A stretch of DNA of 64,000 nt, taken from NCBI GenBank assembly GCA_028534125.1, contig JAPYYK010000409.1, forward strand, positions 1 through 64,000, written 5' to 3'. The stretch comes from Lama glama. Lineage: Eukaryota. A program made the position numbers and the translations under genes. Under the pieces are notes generated by a model. That model made no database searches. It was not told the origin of the DNA and saw only the letters and a list, made by a program, of their open reading frames with translations. Positions 39,194-50,200 of this stretch are shown here, piece after piece. Position 1 is the stretch's first letter. Each line of letters begins with the position of its first letter.

Positions 39194-39207
39194 GCGCCAT
39201 CTGGTGG
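39194..39207 (-). promoter_or_regulatory. CTCF-like motif CCACCAGATGGCGC
   Basis: Close match to the CTCF core CCASYAGRKGGCRS; binding not shown. Confidence 0.6.
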
Positions 39208-39811
39208 TGATACGACGTCCCCTAGGAACAAGAACCTTCTACACCCCCATCCTTTATCACCCCCAAATAGGGAAAACCTAGGGCTGGAAGCCAGGATGCA
39301 GATTCGGTCCCCTTTTCTGCTGCAGTTGGCTACTGGTCACTTACTCTGACTCAGTGTCCCTGCTCTCTGAAGATTAAGGAGTGAACACAGATGACCCAAT
39401 TGGATGGCACTTATAAAAGTGAAAATCAGTTCTCAGTGGAACTCTCTCCTTGGGAACTTGCTTTCCAGTGGGACAGAGGAAGCAGGACGAGTCTCATCTC
39501 CTCTTGAATGGGGCCTGGTAGGGAGAAGTCCCCCCTCTAAAGGTTTCCCTCCCACCTACACTCCAGATCCCAGACACCGTGGTGTGGAATTTTGTGCAGG
39601 TGTGTCTGAAAGTGGTCAGGAGAGGAGAGTGTACAGGTGAGCCTCAGACTGAAAAATGTCATTTGGAACCCCTACCACCACCATTGGTGAGGAAAAACCA
39701 GTGGGGTGACAGGCAGCCCCTAAGTGAGCATGCAGGAGGGCAGGGGAGACGCTGGCTGGGACTACAGCCCCACTGTGGGTGATGTAGACACTGCAGGTTG
39801 TGCGGCGTCAA

Positions 39812-39821
39812 CCATATTTGG
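39812..39821. promoter_or_regulatory. CArG box CCATATTTGG (intron 1, spacer)
   Basis: Exact CC(A/T)6GG. Confidence 0.6.
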
Positions 39822-40399
39822 GCATGACATGCCAGCTGACCCAGGGCCTCCTCTCCCACCGCTCTTTAGCAGATAATTTAGTTAATACTAGTCTGCAGCT
39901 CAATCTAAGAATCAAGCAGGAGGGGCAGAGACATGCTCCTCAGACACAGGCCACACTCCTCAGCAGGCCTTGGCAGCCGTCATGGTGGTTTACCCCTTTC
40001 AGTCCCCTGGCCCCTGTGTCCCAGGGGCCCCTCTGCACCACGTGACAGTGAAGCCCACCCAGACCCAGGTGCACAGAGCCCATCAAGCAGTTCCTCAGGG
40101 AACCACTGCGCAGGTCCCTCTGGGTCTGGAAGACACCCCCCCACCCCTGCCCGGCCACCTCCTGGGTCACACTGGGTTCAGGGCCCATTCAGACAGGAGA
40201 GGAAACCCCTACTGCCCCAGGTGGACTGCTGGTGGGTCAGACGGACACTCGCTGTCTCTGCATGCATCACCCTGCGGCCTCTGCCACTGCCCATTGGCAC
40301 GTCCTGCCCCTTTCAGGGCTGCTTGCTCCTGGATCGCCTGTGGCCTCCTGGCCCAGTGCCCCATTTCCTCCTGGGTGGAGCGGGTTGGGAGGGAGGCAG

Positions 40400-41206
40400 G
40401 CGGTGGGGACCGGCGGGCGCAGGTGCACAGCCCAGGGCAGTGCAGAGCGGGCAGGCCAGCTGGGGCAAGGGGTCTGGGGGGCGGCCTGGGGTCCGGGCGC
40501 CACGGGCTCCGCTGGCGTGGCGCACGCGCGCACAGCGCTGGCAGCCGCGCCTCGCCCGGACCCGCGCTCTCCAAGGGCTTGCCCTTAAGATCGGGCCCCT
40601 TCATGCTGCTGCCGAGCGACCGGCTTGGGCGCGGCCAGGGACCCCCAAGCGCTGGATCTCGGGGGAAGGGGGACCGCGAGGGCTGCGGGGGGACTGAGCG
40701 GAGCCTACGTCACTCACAGAGGGCGAGCCACCCCATCCCCCGCAGGAGCCGTGGGGAAGGAAAGTCCCTTGTATGGTGTGCCCGCTGGAGGCCAGGTGGT
40801 CCAGCGCCAGACACAGCTCAGCCTTTCCTCGTTGCAGCGTTTCCTGCAGCGCAGGCGCGAGACCGCAGGGCTTGGGCGCAATCTTGCCTACTTGGGGCCC
40901 AACGACCCTTCCTGGAGCCTGGGGGTCGGGTCAAAACCACCGGGGCGGAGGGACTCAGGGGGGCATTCCAACGGGCGGGGTGGGGCGGGGCGGGTGCGGC
41001 CCCGAAGCCCCACCCGCAGCCCCGCCTCATGGCAGTTCCGCCTCCTTGTCCCGCCCCCTGCCCGCATTTAAAGGGCTCGCTCTTTCCGTAGCGCAACCTC
41101 TGCTGTCTGCATCGTCCCGGGCTCGCTGAGGTGCCTGCGACTTTAATTAAAGGGCCGTCCCCTCGCCTAGGCTGCAGCACCGCCCCTCGGCTCCTCGCGC
41201 CTCAAA
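40400..41206 (+). promoter_or_regulatory. CpG island / candidate alternative promoter upstream of FLNA exon 2 (right arm)
   Basis: CpG-dense; CRE-like TACGTCA 40706-40712, MCAT CATTCC 40964-40969, GC-box/G-run cluster 40973-40994, TATA/CArG-like CATTTAAAGG 41065-41074. Confidence 0.55.
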
Positions 41207-44200
41207 ATGAGTAGCTCCCACTCCCGGGCGGGCCAGAGCGCTGCGGGCGCGGCTCCGGGCAGCGGTACCGNNNNNNNNNNNNNNNNNNNNNNNNNNNNNN
41301 NNNNNNNNNNNNNNNNNNNNNNNNNNNNNNNNNNNNNNNNNNNNNNNNNNNNNNNNNNNNNNNNNNNNNNNNNNNNNNNNNNNNNNNNNNNNNNNNNNNN
41401 NNNNNNNNNNNNNNNNNNNNNNNNNNNNNNNNNNNNNNNNNNNNNNNNNNNNNNNNNNNNNNNNNNNNNNNNNNNNNNNNNNNNNNNNNNNNNNNNNNCC
41501 TTCCGCCAGATGCAGCTCGAGAACGTGTCGGTGGCGCTCGAGTTCCTAGACCGCGAGAGCATCAAGCTCGTGTCAATCGGTGAGGGCGCGGGCCTCCCCG
41601 TGGCGCGGGGAGGGTGAGGGAGGGGGACTCCGTGCGTCTTCCCATCTCCCGGGGGCTGACCCCTGGCAGACACCCTCTTAAAATGCGGCGCTGACCCAGA
41701 GGCTCCAGGGGCCGCCCAGATGCATGTGGGCCTGGAGAACAAAGGCTCGCTGGCCAGCGGTGCGTGCGGACCGCTAGGCGCCCCGCCCGCCTGTCCCGGC
41801 TGGCCCACGCCCAGGCTGAGCTCACATCCTCCACAGGCCGCGCCCCCGCCGCTGCGGCCGCGGTGGGAGAGGGCCTAGTGGGGCGGGCACTGGCCAAGCT
41901 CTGGCCCTGTGCCCAATGCCCCATCTCTAACGAGGCGGAGGCCAGGGCTCTCCACCCCCTAAAGCAGTTTGGAGAGGGCAGTCTGGCCTTCAGGCACCCC
42001 TGTGGTTCCTAAACAGGGGATGGAGCTTGTGGGTTCCATTATCTAGGCCCCCCACCCCCGCTAAAGATAGGGGGCCTTAATTTAGATCTCCCCCTCAGAA
42101 CTAGGGGGCCAGAGAGAACCATAGCTATTGAAAGACAAGGTGGGTCTGTGCGCTGGCTAGTGAAGGGAGCTGGCTTGTAGCCTACTTAGACACCAAGTTA
42201 CTGTTGATTTCTGGCCAAACTCTTCCATGTAGGACTTGCCTTCCTGCATCTAGAATGCAGGAGTTGGTTGGAAGGTACTCCAGCATGTGCTGGGCTCACT
42301 GCCGGCCCGATGTCCGTGTCACTGGGCTAGTGAGGCTGGAACTGACCAGACCTACTGCATCCCAGGCACTTCTTAAGATGGGAACTGCTCAGGGACCGAC
42401 ACCAGAACTGGTGACTTGGGGAGGGGGCTATGCAACAGGGAGGGAAGGGGCAAGAGGTGTTTGTTTTCAGAGGCCTTCCAGATGTCCCTTTGGCCCTGGC
42501 ATGGTCCATGCTGAGCCTGGGAAGGTGAGGGACGGAGACTCAGGTTCCCCCAACCACTCAGGGCAGGTCTCAAGGGCCCCACCACTTTCTTTGGAATGCA
42601 CGTCGTTGAGGCCGAGGAGGCCCACCCCCCAGTCCCAGCCTCAGTCTAGCCAAGCTGAGTCATCTCTGAGCCTTGGGGGGGGCAACCGGATGTGGGGAGG
42701 CGGGCCACACCCCAGTTGTCTGGGGGGGGTCTCGTCCTCCCCCTTCCCTTCTTCTCCTCTTGTGAGCTGGCTGGAGCAGGCCTAGTTCCCAGAGCTTTGC
42801 CATATAAGGCAAAAAAATGTTGGAAAGCAGCAGTGATTAGGGGAGGGAGGGGTCAGGCTGGCCGGGGGCTGGGGAAAGGGGGTGGGATGGGGCGGGGCCA
42901 TCCAGCCCGTCATTCTCTCAACCCGGGGCCCCGTCCTTCCCTCTCTCTTTTGTGAGGTGGACAGGGAGGGCCTCGGCCAGCCTCCTTTGGACTAGGGGGA
43001 GGGCCCAGCCCAACCTACCAGGGCTGATGAGCTTGGCCTTGTGTGTCCTCTCATGGGTCACAGTGGGCCTCAGGCCTCCTGAGGTCTCCTGTACAAGACT
43101 CAGGATCCTGGGGGTGAGAGCCTGGTGGGAGGCCCCAGCGGGTCCTGTGCTCTTGGTCTTCTCTGAACCTTCCAGTCACCCCTAGCCTGAAGTCCTCTCT
43201 CCACCCTCCCTTGCTTGCCATCGGGGGACAGCATTAGGTAGTGGTGTGCGACCAGGAGCAACCCCAGTCCAGGAACATGCTTTGAGTAGCATGGCGCTGG
43301 TCCTCAAAGTGCTGCCTGCTGGATTCAGAGGCTGCCGCATTGATGGACCTTTCCGAGGCACTCATCCCCTTCTTCCCATTCCCAAGTTGACCCACTCGAC
43401 AAGTATTTTCTCCTGATTATTGGGGGTAGAGGATGGAGCATGCCAGCAGGAATTTCAAAGATGAGTTGCCCTCTCCCATTCTTGGAGCACCACCCCCAGC
43501 CCCCAATCTCAGGAGGAGGCTGAGACCCAGAAGGGCCTTGGGTGGGGCTTAGAGCACAGAGAGGTTGCTATAGTGATGGGGTACAGGGTGCCCGCCCTAA
43601 CCACTTCCCCTGTGGTGAGCTTGGTGGCCACCAGCTCTCAGCCCAGTGGCCCGTTAGGTGGCGAGAACAGGCAGCAGCCGAGCACGCTCTGCTGAGGCAG
43701 CGGGACTTGGGGACCCCACCCATGACTTCTGCCACCCAGGCTCCCGAGCTGAGCCCTGGGCGCCCAACACAGGCTCGCTGGCTTTGCTCCCCCCACCTCC
43801 TCCTCCTCCTCCTCGGGCTGGGTGAGGGGCCCCTGGAATGTGTCCTGCCCATCATCCTGGCTGGCAGGCTATCCCTGCTGGGCCCCAGTGAGTCAGGGCC
43901 CTGCAGTCCAACCACTGGTTCCTTGGGGCTCCCAGCCCCTCCCTTGCACCAGGCCTGCTGCCCAACTCCCAGCTGGGCTCTGGGGGGAGGGGGAGCACTG
44001 AGGAAGTGGTGGGGGGTGGGTCTCGCACCCTCCACCCAAAGGGTCCTTGCTCAACACCTCTGCTTTCCCTGCCCCATGCCGTCCACCCACTCACCCTGGG
44101 GCAGCAGTTGTATTTCCCAACCGCCCCACCAGCCTGCCTTCCCCTTCCTCAGCGCCAGGTCAGGGGCTCTGGCATTGAGGCCTGCTGGGGCCTGGCTGTT

Positions 44201-47200
44201 CCTCCTGCCCATTCTCTGGAGACCCCTGGAGATGGGTGGTGGGCTCGTGTGTGGGCAGCTGTGGCGTGCTCATCGGACTCACTCTCCAGAGCCACCATCT
44301 TTGGGGAAGGGGACTCCTCCAGAGACCTCCCCTGGCCCTGTCTGCAGCCAAGCTCTGTCGCATGTCCTTCCTCTAGGGCCCCACAGCCTCGGCTTCTGGC
44401 ATCACCCCCTCACTGTACTGTATCATCACCATTTGCCCATGGGTGTTTTCCCTTCGAACCTGCTTCACGCCCTTGCAGGGGCCCTGGGCAGAGAGGGCCC
44501 CACCCCACCCTGCGAGGGCCTCTCTCTCCTCCCTGGGGCCCGCTGTGCTCCACACAGCAGTGCCTGGGAGTGGCCTGCCACCCTGTGTGTGCATGTACAC
44601 ATGTGCACAGGACGCCCACGGAGGCCCCTGCCTGCCCAGCGCTGCCACTCCTTTCCCTCACAGACAGCAAGGCCATCGTGGACGGGAACCTGAAGCTGAT
44701 CTTGGGCCTTATCTGGACCCTGATCCTACACTACTCCATCTCCATGCCCATGTGGGACGAAGAGGAGGATGAGGAGGCCAAGAAACAGACACCCAAGCAG
44801 AGGCTTCTGGGATGGATCCAGAACAAGCTGCCACAGCTGCCCATCACAAACTTCAGCCGGGACTGGCAGAGCGGCAGGGCCCTGGGCGCCCTGGTGGACA
44901 GCTGTGCCCCAGGTGAGGGGCGTGGGCGTGCTGGGGCAGACCGGATGGCCCACCAGGAAGTTCTGTGGGCCCCCGACTCACCACCTTCCTCGTGCCTCAG
45001 GCCTGTGTCCTGACTGGGACTCCTGGGACGCCAGCAAGCCTGTGAACAATGCACGGGAAGCCATGCAGCAGGCCGATGACTGGCTGGGCATCCCTCAGGT
45101 ACACCCCTGCTTGACCACTTGGGGCCATCCAGGGGCCGAGATCCCGGTGGGGGGTGGTGGCACGCCCCAGGAACCTGAGACTAGAGGCTAAATGGCCCCT
45201 GTCTTCTGCCCATGGCAGGTGATCACTCCTGAGGAGATCGTGGACCCCAATGTGGATGAGCACTCCGTCATGACCTACCTATCCCAGTTCCCCAAGGCCA
45301 AGCTGAAACCAGGGGCTCCCCTGCGGCCCAAACTGAACCCGAAGAAAGCCCGAGCCTACGGGCCAGGTGAGGGAGCCAGGCAGCAGTGGGTGCTCCTGGG
45401 CGACGCCCTCCTCCCTGCGGGTCAGTGTCCTCTCTAAAGATGAGTCTTGAGTCACGTGGCAGCAAGGTTATTAAATGCCCCCGAGAGTCAGGCAGGAGTG
45501 GGTTGAGGGAGGAAGGACCCGTCCGCCTTACTGCGGTGGAGATGAAACCCAGCCCAGGGCGTCATACAGGAGTGAGGGCCCAGGCAAACACTGGGGCACG
45601 TTCCAGAAAACGGGCCCAGGCCTGTCCCACGGCAGGAGTGCAGCTGGGACCTAAGGCTCTGTGCGCTGGGGTTTAAGCTGAACTGACTCGCGTGCACAGA
45701 GCGTGCCTGCTGGGGCTGCGCTGGGGAGGGGGCGGCGCTCACAGCCTGCGCGGGCCTTTCGCGCCCTCCCCCGGCAGGCATCGAGCCCACAGGCAACATG
45801 GTGAAGAAGCGGGCAGAGTTCACTGTGGAGACTAGAAGCGCTGGCCAGGGAGAGGTGCTGGTGTACGTGGAGGACCCGGCTGGACACCAGGAGGAGGTAG
45901 GGCCGACGGCATGTGGGGCAGGTGCCACTGTGCCTTCGCTGGCAGGGGCCACTCTCAGCCAGAGCTCACGGGCTCCTTTCCACCTTAGGCCAAGGTGACC
46001 GCCAATAATGACAAGAACCGTACCTTCTCTGTCTGGTATGTCCCCGAGGTGACGGGGACTCACAAGGTGAGCCCTCAGGCCAAGGGGAAGCTGGTGGCGA
46101 GGGCAGCTGCTGTAGGGCCCCACCCCGCCCTCACGTCCTGCCCCTCCTGCGAACAGGTCACTGTGCTCTTTGCCGGCCAGCACATCGCCAAGAGCCCCTT
46201 CGAGGTGTACGTGGACAAGTCCCAGGGTGATGCCAGCAAAGTGACTGCCCAGGGCCCTGGCCTGGAGCCCAGCGGCAACATCGCCAACAAGACCACCTAC
46301 TTTGAGATCTTCACGGCAGGTGAGGGGAGGGTACTGAGGCTGCAAGGTCTGGGGGTGGGGCCACTGGGGCCTGGAGGCTCTGGGAGCTGAGATGGTACCT
46401 TACGGTAGGCGCTGGCACGGGTGAGGTGGAGGTCGTGATCCAGGACCCTGCTGGACAGAAGGGTACTGTGGTGCCTCAGCTGGAGGCCCGGGGCGACAGC
46501 ACGTATCGCTGCAGTTACCAGCCCACCATGGAGGGTGTCCACACGGTGCACGTCACCTTCGCTGGCGTGCCCATCCCTCGCAGCCCCTACACTGTCACTG
46601 TTGGCCAAGGTAGGCCAGTCCTGGCTGTCACATGCTGGGCCATTGCAGCCCAGGCCTCCCTTGGGAGGGAGGCAGCCGGGGCAGGTCCCTCTCCATCCAG
46701 CCCCTGCCCCATCTCCCTGGGTTGTCTGTGCTTCCACTGTCTGGGCGATGTACTCTCTCTCTATTCCCCTTCTGGGGCCCCTCCTCCTCTTCCACCTCTT
46801 GCCCGTCTCCATCTCTCTCTCTCTCTCCACGCTTTCATCTTCGGAAGAGCTCGCTCCAGTTGTCTAGAAACCTGCTGCTCTCTGCTCTGCCCGCAGGGTC
46901 AACGGTACTTGGATCTGTCTTCCTCTGGGAGGGGAGGGCTGGGCTGGAGGTGGGGGACAGATGCAGATGGAGCAGGTGGGAGGAGGCCTGACATGTCCTG
47001 GCCTTGGCCACAGGTCTTAGGGTCACAGTCCGTTCTGGTTCTTTCTTGCGCATCCTTCCCCACCCTCTGTGGCCTGATGGTCCAGCCACGTGGGAGGCAA
47101 GGGAAGGGTTGCCTAGCTCCAGCTCCCAGCAGCTCAGCTGGCTCTCTGCTCACAGCTTGTAACCCAGGTGCCTGCCGTGCTGTCGGCCGGGGCCTCCAAC

Positions 47201-50200
47201 CCAAGGGCGTGCGGGTGAAGGAGACTGCTGACTTCAAGGTCTACACGAAGGGCGCGGGCAGTGGGGAGCTGAAGGTCACTGTGAAGGGTCCCAGTAAGTT
47301 GACCTGCAGCTGGGGTGGGCAGTGCTGGCCCCAGGCCACTGCCGGCCAGGCCTGAGGCCCTTCCTCGTCTCTGGCAGAGGGCGAGGAGCGTGTGAAACAG
47401 AAGGACCTGGGGGACGGCGTCTATGGCTTCGAGTATTATCCCGTGGTCCCTGGCACGTACATCGTCACCATCACGTGGGGAGGCCAGAACATCGGGCGCA
47501 GGTGAGGCTGTGGGCAGAGCGCTCAGAGGTGGTGCTCTTCTCCCCTGTGGGTTTCGGGCAGGCTGCTGTCCAAGACGGGGTCCCTCAGCCCTTCCTGATG
47601 TGGCTCTCTCCTCGCAGCCCCTTCGAGGTGAAGGTGGGCACTGAGTGTGGCAATCAGAAGGTGCGGGCCTGGGGCCCTGGGCTGGAGGGAGGCGTCGTTG
47701 GCAAGTCAGCCGACTTTGTGGTAGAAGCCATCGGGGACGATGTAGGCACCCTGGGTGAGTTGGAGGCTGCAATGTGGGTGCCTGGGGGGCAGAGGGTGGC
47801 GAGGGCCACCCTTCCAAGGCTCTGGGACACTGATGGAGCTGGTGGCTGTTGTCAGGCTTCTCGGTGGAGGGCCCATCACAGGCCAAGATCGAATGTGATG
47901 ACAAGGGCGATGGCTCCTGTGACGTGCGCTACTGGCCCCAGGAGGCTGGCGAGTATGCTGTGCACGTGCTGTGCAACAGTGAAGATATCCGCCTGAGCCC
48001 CTTCATGGCAGACATCCGCGAAGCCCCCCAGGATTTCCATCCAGACAGGGTAAAGGGCATGTGCCGCTGGCCCAGGTCTCTGACCTCCTTCTACCTCTGC
48101 GTAGGGGCTGGGCTGGGGGCAGGAAGCCTGGGCTGGTATCCCCGGTGGTGTGCTCCTGCCACTCTGTCTACGGGGGCCTGCACTTGGTCTCCTGAGATCT
48201 GGGTGGCCTCCCATTAGGTGAAGGCACGTGGGCCCGGATTGGAGAAGACAGGTGTGGCTGTCAACAAGCCGGCGGAGTTCACGGTGGATGCCAAGCACGG
48301 TGGGAAGGCTCCTCTCAGGGTCCAAGTGCAGGTCAGGTGCCCACTCATGGGGGTGGGGTGGGCAGGTGCCCAGGCCTGGGTACTGACTAGGAGGCCACCT
48401 ACTACGCCTGCCTTCCAGGACAATGAGGGCTGCCCTGTGGAGGCATCAGTCAAGGACCACGGCAATGGCACTTACAGCTGCTCTTATGTGCCCCGGAAGC
48501 CTGTGAAGCACACGGCCATGGTGTCTTGGGGCGGCGTCAGCATCCCCAACAGCCCCTTCCGGGTGAGCCTGCCCTCTGTGGGCCTCGAACTGGCCTGGAG
48601 CCTGCTTCCCTAGGGTGCCTGCTTTGTTCTCATCCAGCTCTGTTCGATAAAACTTGAATAGCCTACAGCTGACCCCTCTTGAATGTACACCTCGGTAGTT
48701 TTGAGTAAGTTCAGAGTTGCGCAGCCATCACCACATCAAAGAGGAAGACGTTTTCGCCATTCCTAAGAGAAACTCCTCCACCCGCTAGCACCTCACCCCT
48801 CACCCCCGCCCAGCCCTCAGCAACCCCTCATCTGCTTTCCTATAGGAGGTGGCCTTCTGTTCCTGGCTGCTTTCACTCAGCATCCCCTTTTGTGCTTCTG
48901 CCTTTTTATGGCTGACTAGCACTCCGTTGTATGGAGAGACCATGTTTTACTTATCTGGTCATTTGTTGATGGACATTTGGGATTTTCTCACCTTTTGGCT
49001 GTTGTGAACAGTGCCGCTGTGAACGTTCAAGTACAAGTGTTTGTGTGGATGAGTGATCTTGTTTTTCTGGGTGGACAGATTTCACATCTGAGTGGAATTG
49101 CAGCAGTATGTACTCACTTTATGTGTAATCGTTTGAGGAACCACCAGATGACTTCCTGAGGTGGTTGCACCATTTTGCTTGCCTCCTGATGGTGGGTGAA
49201 AAAGCCCCAGTGGCTCCTGCAGGCTGGTCATGCCCCTGCGCTTGCCCCACGCCCTGCAGGTGAACGTGGGAGCAGGCAGCCACCCAAACAAGGTCAAGGT
49301 GTACGGTCCAGGAGTGGCCAAGACGGGGCTCAAGGCTCACGAGCCCACCTACTTCACTGTGGACTGCACGGAGGCCGGCCAGGGTAAGGCCCCGCCTCAA
49401 GAGTGGGTAGGCGAGTGGGCAAGGCATCTCTGTGAGTCCCAGCCTCCACCCCCTCCCCCACTACAGGCGACGTCAGCATTGGCATCAAGTGCGCCCCTGG
49501 CGTAGTGGGCCCCACCGAGGCCGATATTGACTTTGACATCATCCGCAATGACAATGACACTTTCACAGTCAAGTATACACCCCGTGGGGCTGGCAGCTAC
49601 ACCATCATGGTCCTCTTTGCTGACCAGGTGGGTGCTGCTGCTCCCGGTCCCTCACTCTGCTGGGTGTTGGGGTGCTGCTCCCCTCTCAGTCTTTCCCCTT
49701 CCACCCACTGCAGGCCACGCCCACCAGCCCCATCCGTGTCAAGGTGGAGCCCTCCCATGATGCCAGCAAGGTGAAGGCCGAGGGCCCTGGTCTCAGTCGC
49801 ACTGGTGAGGACGAGTACCGTGTGGGGAGGTCGCGGGGCAAGACCCAAGGTACCCCTACAGGGTCTCTCACTGTGTCTCCTCAGGTGTTGAGCTTGGCAA
49901 ACCTACCCACTTCACGGTCAATGCCAAAGCTGCTGGCAAAGGCAAGCTGGATGTCCAGTTCTCCGGGCTGGCCAAGGGGGACGCGGTGCGTGATGTGGAC
50001 ATCATTGACCATCATGACAATACCTACACTGTCAAGTACACTCCCGTGCAGCAGGTAGCCACCCGGCCCCCTGTCGCTGCACCTTCCACCACACCTGCTG
50101 AGCCTTTGGGCCTCCTCGCTTGGTGGGCTTGGTGGGCAGCTCTAGGGGCCTTCCCACACACTCTTGTTTCCTACCTGGGAGGGAGTGGGCATGGGAGTCT

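Larger units (their letters stand above)
35267..39997. other. Unique 4731-bp palindrome spacer
   Basis: No mirror symmetry apart from about 50 bp of diverged homology at its edges. Contains an AT-rich tract (about 36470-37450), a SINE, the FLNA promoter/exon 1 and the 5' part of intron 1. Confidence 0.93.

Noticed and set aside
42090-43670. Additional CTCF-like strings (aactagggggcc, cccgttaggtggcg)
   Set aside because: Partial matches that are common in GC-rich DNA; not supportable without a PWM scan or ChIP data.
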